A DNA stretch of 64,000 nucleotides from Histomonas meleagridis 2922-C6/04-290x (taxonomy: Eukaryota; Protista; Parabasalia). Below are positions 57,636-64,000 of the stretch, one piece after another; position 1 is the stretch's first letter; each line of letters begins with the position of its first letter. The stretch spans positions 372,001-436,000 of the forward strand of contig JAANOX010000280.1 in NCBI GenBank assembly GCA_020184695.1. Reading direction: 5' to 3'. The translations under genes and the position numbers were made by a program. The notes beneath the pieces are model-generated. The model was not told the origin of the DNA. It searched no databases and saw only the letters and a list, made by a program, of their open reading frames with translations.

Positions 57636-58325
57636 TCATTTAACATTTCCTTTTCCCTTCGGAAGTTTGTTTTTCACAAAAATGTCCATTAAATACAAAG
57701 TATATGGATCAAGATTTTTCAAGTCAAAATCAACTGTACCAACGATTCTGTTGTACTCTGGTTGGTAGTGAGATAAAATTGCCATAAATTGATGAACATC
57801 TTTATCTGATTTGAGTTGAAGAATATTTTGTTTTAACTGATCAATATTAACATTGGGAATAGGTTGACGCGTAAAAGTTGCGCCAATCATTGGAACCGGA
57901 ATAAATGTTTTGGATTCCAAAAAATCCTGATAATTTTGCCCAGAAGTTGGAAGATTGTTTGTAAAATTACTTAACTCTTCAACGAACCGTGAAATACAAG
58001 AAACCCATGGAGTTGAGTTTTGAGCTAAGATTGGTTTGGATTCATTTAATATCATTTTGTGGATTGCCATCAAACAAATCGAAAGTTCTGTATCAATACC
58101 AAGAAATCTAGTAATGTTGACCACAGTTTCATTCAGATCTTGAAAGTAATCAGTAGTTGTTTGATATTTATTGTGAATTAAAAAATCATAGATTCGAAAA
58201 AAATCGAGATTTTCCTGTGGATTTTGGAAAACAGTCTTAAACATCATTTCGAATGCTTTCCCTAAAGGTGAATTTAATGATTTTTCGAATATATCTAAAC
58301 AAAATGAACAAATCTCTGTTTTCAT
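57636..58325 (-). CDS. Bromodomain-like + ET-like domain protein
   Basis: N-terminal helical domain (SPLGKAF..YQTTTDYFQDL..N) and C-terminal DFDLKNLDPYTL. Confidence 0.55.
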   Translation of the reverse strand: MKTEICSFCLDIFEKSLNSPLGKAFEMMFKTVFQNPQENLDFFRIYDFLIHNKYQTTTDYFQDLNETVVNITRFLGIDTELSICLMAIHKMILNESKPILAQNSTPWVSCISRFVEELSNFTNNLPTSGQNYQDFLESKTFIPVPMIGATFTRQPIPNVNIDQLKQNILQLKSDKDVHQFMAILSHYQPEYNRIVGTVDFDLKNLDPYTLYLMDIFVKNKLPKGKGNVK

Positions 58326-58383
58326 CCTTTTTATTCACGTCACTTTTTGCAAAAGTGCTGTCCTATCGTTTACATAAAGCCAA

Positions 58384-60648
58384 ATGTTATTATTTCTTCT
58401 TTATCTTCCAGATACATTATCTTCCATTTATGGCATAGACTTCGGCTCTCAAAATGTAAGGGTATCTATTGGCGTCCCAGGAAAGCCAGTCGCAATTGTT
58501 CCAAATGACGAAGGTTATCGAGCAACTCCAAATTATCTTGGATATGAACAAAACACTGAATTTACCAATGTATCTCAGGCGGAATGGGTTGTAGGAAGCA
58601 ATGCAGCTAGGATTTATCAAAAAGATCCAAATCGTGCTGTAAAAAATCCTTTTCAATATTTCAACACAAATCAAGTTCCAATTGAAGGTGTAAATCCAAT
58701 CACATTAGGAGCAATTACTCTTTCACTCTATTTGAAAAATTTCATGAAACAACACGATAAATTAATTATTACAGTTCCATCAATCTTTCCACCACAAGCA
58801 AGAAGGAGAATTGTTCAATCGTTATCCCTTCTTAACATTTCTTCTGCTCAAATATTAGATTCAAATGTTGCAGTTGCCACATTATATGCAATTGAAAGAT
58901 TGAAAAAATCTAATGATCATGAAAACGTTACTGAAAACGTAATGTTTGTTGACATTGGATCCATTCAAACCGAAATATCCAACTGGAAATTTGAACGTTT
59001 AACTTCTGGTGTTATTCGAATTGAATTATTAGATTATCGTTTTAGTGATGAAATTGGTGGTGGATATATTGATGATGTACTTTATGAATATGTTGTTCAA
59101 AAGCTTCCATGTTCACCTACACCATCTGAATCTAAAAGTATTCGACAATTAATGATAAAATGCAAAGAACGTCTTGCATCAGGGCATGATCAATCCCTTA
59201 ATCTTCTTGACATGTTTAATATTTCTATTCCTATTACCACAGCTCTAATTGATGAAATTGCATCAGGCATAATTTCAAAACTTTACAATTTATTTAACGG
59301 AATCCAAATTAACGGCTCCATTGAACTTATTGGCGGTTCAACACGACTTCCATCATTTCATAAAGTGATTCAAGAAAGATTTTCGAATCATTCAATTCGT
59401 CGCTCATTAAATTCAGATGAAGCTGTAGCATTCGGTGCCACATATTATTCCTCATTACAATCGGGAACAATTATTGGGTCACGTTTAGAAATAATTCGTC
59501 CATCCATATATGGCCTTGAATTCTTCTGTAATAATCGATTAACAAAACTTATTCGAACGGGAGAAATTAGTGATCGTAAATCGATTACAATGCATAAGTT
59601 TAAAGATTTTAATTTTTCATTATATGTAACAAAAGATATACAAAATGATAACATAACATCCAAAGTATATAACTCTGTTAGAAATGATTTTACTAACGTT
59701 AGTCTTCTCGGGTTAACAGAAATCACAAGGAACATTACAAATCGTATAGCAAATGGAAGTAAGCCATTCATACGTATTAATTTCGGTAGGTCTCAAGTTC
59801 TTGATTGTCATGATTATATATCGTCATCACTTTCTGCTAATGTATCCATTAATGTCAGCATTAAAGGCGAATATAATTCTCTTGAATCAGCACCAATGAA
59901 TACGAATCTTCGAAGTAAATTAATGTTTTCCGATGAAATTAATTTCAACAAGACAAATAATATTAATTTCATCAAAGATTATATTAACACTTCAACAGAA
60001 AGAAAACTTCATGCTGAAGTATTAAATAAACTTGAAAGTTTTATCATCGATCTTCAAGATAAGATCCAATACGATAATGATTTCGCCGATGTTATAACAG
60101 ACGAAGAAAAATCCGAAATCATAAACATATTATCACATGAAAAAGAAGCAATTGATTTCTCAGGCGCACGTGTCACAAGTAAAGAACTTGAAAAACGTTA
60201 TGAGAAAATCGAAGAAAAACTTTCGGATATATTAAATCGATATAATGAATATAAACAACGGCCATTGTACATAATGAAATTAAATAAAACAATACAAAGG
60301 GCATATAACGAATTAGAAAAGGCGAATACTGATAATCAAACAATTTCCGAATTTAAGGAAATTATCCAAAAAGGCGAAGAAATGATAAATGATACATTAA
60401 AAATCGAACCGAAGAATAACCCAAACATATTCATTAAGGACTTACAAGAACAAGAACGAAGGCTATTGAGGAGATTCTCAAGTTTGAAGGCGCCACGTAA
60501 AGTGTATAAGCAAACAAATTCAACAACTAAAGTAAAAGATAATAATTCGAAAATGAATGTGACGAATAATGAAACTGATCATAGTAATAATCAATCAGAA
60601 ATTATTCGAAATGACCAAAATGAATCAAATTTCTCAAAGGAATTGTAA
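58384..60648 (+). CDS. Hsp70-superfamily ER protein (Hyou1/Grp170-like)
   Basis: Signal peptide; YGIDFGS, ELIGGSTRLP, LNSDEAVAFGA and NKLESFI motifs. Confidence 0.82.
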   Translation: MLLFLLYLPDTLSSIYGIDFGSQNVRVSIGVPGKPVAIVPNDEGYRATPNYLGYEQNTEFTNVSQAEWVVGSNAARIYQKDPNRAVKNPFQYFNTNQVPIEGVNPITLGAITLSLYLKNFMKQHDKLIITVPSIFPPQARRRIVQSLSLLNISSAQILDSNVAVATLYAIERLKKSNDHENVTENVMFVDIGSIQTEISNWKFERLTSGVIRIELLDYRFSDEIGGGYIDDVLYEYVVQKLPCSPTPSESKSIRQLMIKCKERLASGHDQSLNLLDMFNISIPITTALIDEIASGIISKLYNLFNGIQINGSIELIGGSTRLPSFHKVIQERFSNHSIRRSLNSDEAVAFGATYYSSLQSGTIIGSRLEIIRPSIYGLEFFCNNRLTKLIRTGEISDRKSITMHKFKDFNFSLYVTKDIQNDNITSKVYNSVRNDFTNVSLLGLTEITRNITNRIANGSKPFIRINFGRSQVLDCHDYISSSLSANVSINVSIKGEYNSLESAPMNTNLRSKLMFSDEINFNKTNNINFIKDYINTSTERKLHAEVLNKLESFIIDLQDKIQYDNDFADVITDEEKSEIINILSHEKEAIDFSGARVTSKELEKRYEKIEEKLSDILNRYNEYKQRPLYIMKLNKTIQRAYNELEKANTDNQTISEFKEIIQKGEEMINDTLKIEPKNNPNIFIKDLQEQERRLLRRFSSLKAPRKVYKQTNSTTKVKDNNSKMNVTNNETDHSNNQSEIIRNDQNESNFSKEL

Positions 60649-61772
60649 ACAAACACTTCAATATATTTTTTTATGTAATCGAAAGTATACAAATAACATT
60701 TGCAATATGTTGGAAATCGCAATTGTTTCGAATGGACTATAAAGCATCGACTTTTTGATGAAACTCATAGAAAAAGAGAAAAAGTTGATACGATAAATTC
60801 AAAGTGCTGTCATAACTATTCAAACAAAATTAAGTTCACAATTACCATACGATAGGTATATTGTGGTTACAAAATCGTTCAACAATTCATTTTCACCATC
60901 ATACATATTAAATTTGATGTAAGAAATAAAAAAGAAACACATCAATTGTAAACTAATGCTTAGACGAAAAGCTATATTAGGAATATGCCGACTTTATTCG
61001 AAAGATTTGCAATAAATTTTTTTGTTTGCATTGAATAGCCGAATCAAATATATGATATTCAAACTCTTTCATTGTCACCTGAAATTACAATGATATGGCA
61101 GGCACGCATGCAAATAAATGGCACATTTTTTTTTTAAAAAGGAGCTACAAAAAAACTCTATCGGAGCGGTTATTATCGCAATCACAAAAAATTGTTTTCA
61201 TATAAAAGTGACTATTTGCATTTTTCTTTTAAAACATAATATTATTAATGTTTCGTTTGATTTCCGAAAGCTCTTTATGTCACCGTACGAGAAAAATATT
61301 ATTATTATTTTTCAAAATTTGTTGCCATATTTGAGAGCTATTATTGCCGCGTTTGATTGATATACAATTTGATTGACTAAGTTTGTTATCATTTTGTCTA
61401 AGTCTGTTGCCATAAATGAGTATATGAAATAATCTGCGATCATTATAATTCAAATATTTCCTAACAGATTGTGATTTGACAGTGATCGTTGTCATATGAC
61501 AAGAGATTTTGAAAATGTTAATATGGCACGATTGCCCCCATTTGATAGAGTCTATATTAGACATATAAGAATTTATTAACATTGTGAATGTTGTGTGTTT
61601 TTTGTTATTGAATCAAAACAATACATGACTCAATCTGAAAACATTTGGTTTACGAACCTCTCAGAAATTTTTCTTTGAACAGTCTTCAAAATAGCAAACC
61701 GCTAAATTATATGAACTTTTTGAGAAAATTTTTGAAATATGCCACATATCTCAAATATATATATTTTTTTTA

Positions 61773-63217
61773 ATGGCTCAGAACTTCAATAATCAATTTC
61801 TCGAACTTTTATCGTTCTTGAATCAGCAAGGAGGATTTGATATCAATGCCAAGTATGTTGGTTTATGAATATTTGGTGTTTCACATTAAAATTTGGTATT
61901 TTTTAAATTTTTCTCAAACACTATTTCAATGGGCATTCACCAAAGGTTACCCAGACGTTGTATGCGGTCTTCTTCAGATAAAGGGATTGAATATCAACCA
62001 ATCGGATATTTATTCATTTTTTTTAAAATTTGTTTTAAAAGTATGATGACTTATAAAAATGTTCGGAAATTATTTCAATTATTTAATACACCACTTATGT
62101 GGGCATCATGGCATGGTTACACAAAGGTAGTTAAACAACTACTTGAAAAAGGCGTCAATGTGAACGATAGAAATATTTATTTTTTGAATACAATGTTTTT
62201 TTTAATAATTCGAGATTTTACAATGATATTTGGTATATATTTTAATAGTTTAAGACTGCATTGATGTATGCAAGTGAGCATGGTTATTCAAAAATTGTTA
62301 AAATCTTCTTAAATACTGAAGGAATTGAAGTTGGTGCAAAGGATTTTTATTCAATATTATTAAAAATAATTTCATTAATTTTATGCTTTCATATGATTTT
62401 TGGAGATTATTTCAATTTATTGGCACAGTACTTTCTTATGCAACAGAAACCAATCGTCCCGAGATTGTGGAATTACTACTTAACCCAGCATCTAAAAAAG
62501 ATAGAAGCAAGAATAATAACAAGATGGCTCCTCTTCAGAAGGTAATCGATAGTGATTCTGATGATATTTGTTTGTTATGTTTCATGTTAATTTTAGTGAT
62601 TTCATATTTCAAAATTTCATTTGATAATTATTTTAATTATTTGAAACTAAATATACAAAAGCATCTAAAGAGAGTACCAAAGAAACTAGTAAGTCTACAA
62701 CCATTACAAATGAACTTGATTTCAACTCAAGAAATATTTTTTTGTTTTATTTCATATTGATTCAAAATAACATTTGGTAATTGTTTGATTAATTTGAAAC
62801 TCCGTTACTTTTTGCCGCAAAGTATAATTATCTCAATTTAGTTAGAGCTTTACTCGAACTCGAATCCATAGAAGTCAACACGATGAATATTTCTTTTATT
62901 TGTCTGACGTTTCAATATATTATTTGGTAATTGTTTTAATTATTTAAAACTGCGCTCATGTTAGCAATACAAAACCATAATACAGAAATAGTGAAATTGC
63001 TACTTGAATATGATGCAGATATTCACATTCTTGATATTTATTAATTTTGCTTGGTATTTATTTAAAAAATTTGAAATTTCAACATAATATTAGGTGATTC
63101 ATTAAAAATTATAAAAATGTACTCACGCTTGCAAGTGAAATTTGGGCTATTGATATTCTCAAGCTACTTATCGAAAAAGCAGAAAATCCATCGTGTACAA
63201 ACATCAGAAAGCTATAA
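61773..63217 (+). CDS. Ankyrin-repeat protein with 8 non-canonical intervening elements
   Basis: ATG 61773 (MAQNFNNQ..FDINAKY). Elements: 61857-61917 (61), 62008-62087, 62175-62254, 62345-62424, 62566-62645 (80 each), 62736-62798 (63), 62889-62948 (60) and 63036-63115 (80). Blocks between them are 87, 90 or 141 nt and stop-free; TAA at 63215-63217. Confidence 0.8.
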
Positions 63218-63469
63218 AAAAATGCAATAATTCAAGATCTTATTCATCAAAAATGTTTTATCTATATTAGAAATAATCAAGATCTTATGTATGAAAAAAA
63301 TTAAAAAAAAAAAAAATATTAAATTTATGGATTCAATTTTCATCCAAAATCCGTAAATAATGTTTTTACATATATATGCTTTCTTCTTCAATAATAGCAC
63401 TATAAATTATGGTATGAATTGTAAAGTACACGTTAAAACAGCACTTTATCATCATTACAAGAAGTTGAT

Positions 63470-64000
63470 TCATTATTTAATGAAATCTCAATATTAAAAG
63501 AATGAATACGTAACATTTGCAGAACTTAAAAGCCATAGAGATACTATGGAAGATTCATTAATCGTGTTTCCTAATATTAGGAATTCCCAACTTTGATTTG
63601 TTTTGTGTTTGATGGACATGGACGAAGTTATACTTCTACAATTTGCTCATATGAAATTATAAAATATTTTCAATCATGTGATTTAGCAGAAGATGAAATC
63701 ATTAAAAAATTCATTGAACAATTTTTCGAATGTATATTACTGAAATTAAAAGAAATGAATGTTAAAGATGGTTCAACTTTAGCTTTAACATTAGTGTCTA
63801 ATAATGAAATCATAATTTCACATCTTGGCGATTCACGAGTTTTATTAGTTGAAGAAAATGGTGAAAGTAGACATGTAACAATCGATCACAAACTTGATGA
63901 CAAAAATGAGATAAAACGAATATTAAAGGAAGGAGTTAAAGTTCAAAGGAGAAGAGTTAGCGGAACACTATCTATTACACAATGCTTAGGCGATTTCTAT
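63470..64000 (+). pseudogene. PP2C phosphatase domain, frameshifted near 63585-63610, running off the right edge
   Basis: RDTMED, (F)DGHG, DGSTLA, HLGDSR, DHK and SGTLSITQCLGDF motifs. Confidence 0.8.

Noticed and set aside
41658-59771. Many short antisense or overlapping ORFs inside kinase, GH31, histidine kinase and Hsp70 genes
   Set aside because: Shadow ORFs with no motifs, lying inside well-supported genes.

Overview
AT-rich eukaryotic DNA from a parabasalid (trichomonad/Tritrichomonas-like). Evidence: BspA-type LRR genes, DUF3447-ankyrin genes, an IBD-like gene, Maverick-like ORFs, and one canonical parabasalid intron (GTATGT...ACTAACACATAG, 32222-32332). Housekeeping genes (several kinases, a GH31 glucosidase, an Hsp70-family protein, DJ-1/PfpI, a hybrid histidine kinase) are mixed with transposon debris (MITE, IS630/Tc1, MULE, Maverick) and pseudogenes. 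The main observation concerns three ankyrin genes (1860-4354 +, 36867-33922 -, 61773-63217 +). They carry 22 related AT-rich intervening elements, each at the same point of an ankyrin repeat. In 16 of 22 the distance from the K-D/N codon to the next T codon is exactly 80 nt. The elements lack GT-AG ends and the parabasalid branch/3' motif and break the frame, while every coding block between them is stop-free and a multiple of 3 nt. This suggests an undescribed removal mechanism: non-canonical splicing, ribosomal bypass or DNA excision. Secondary observations: a Bacteroidetes fimbrillin-like domain fused to a host surface-protein stalk and tail, a phage-tail-fibre-like Maverick ORF, and a possibly coding 39-bp array. 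Protein-family calls come from motif recognition, not database searches. Several frameshifts lie in homopolymers and may be sequencing errors.
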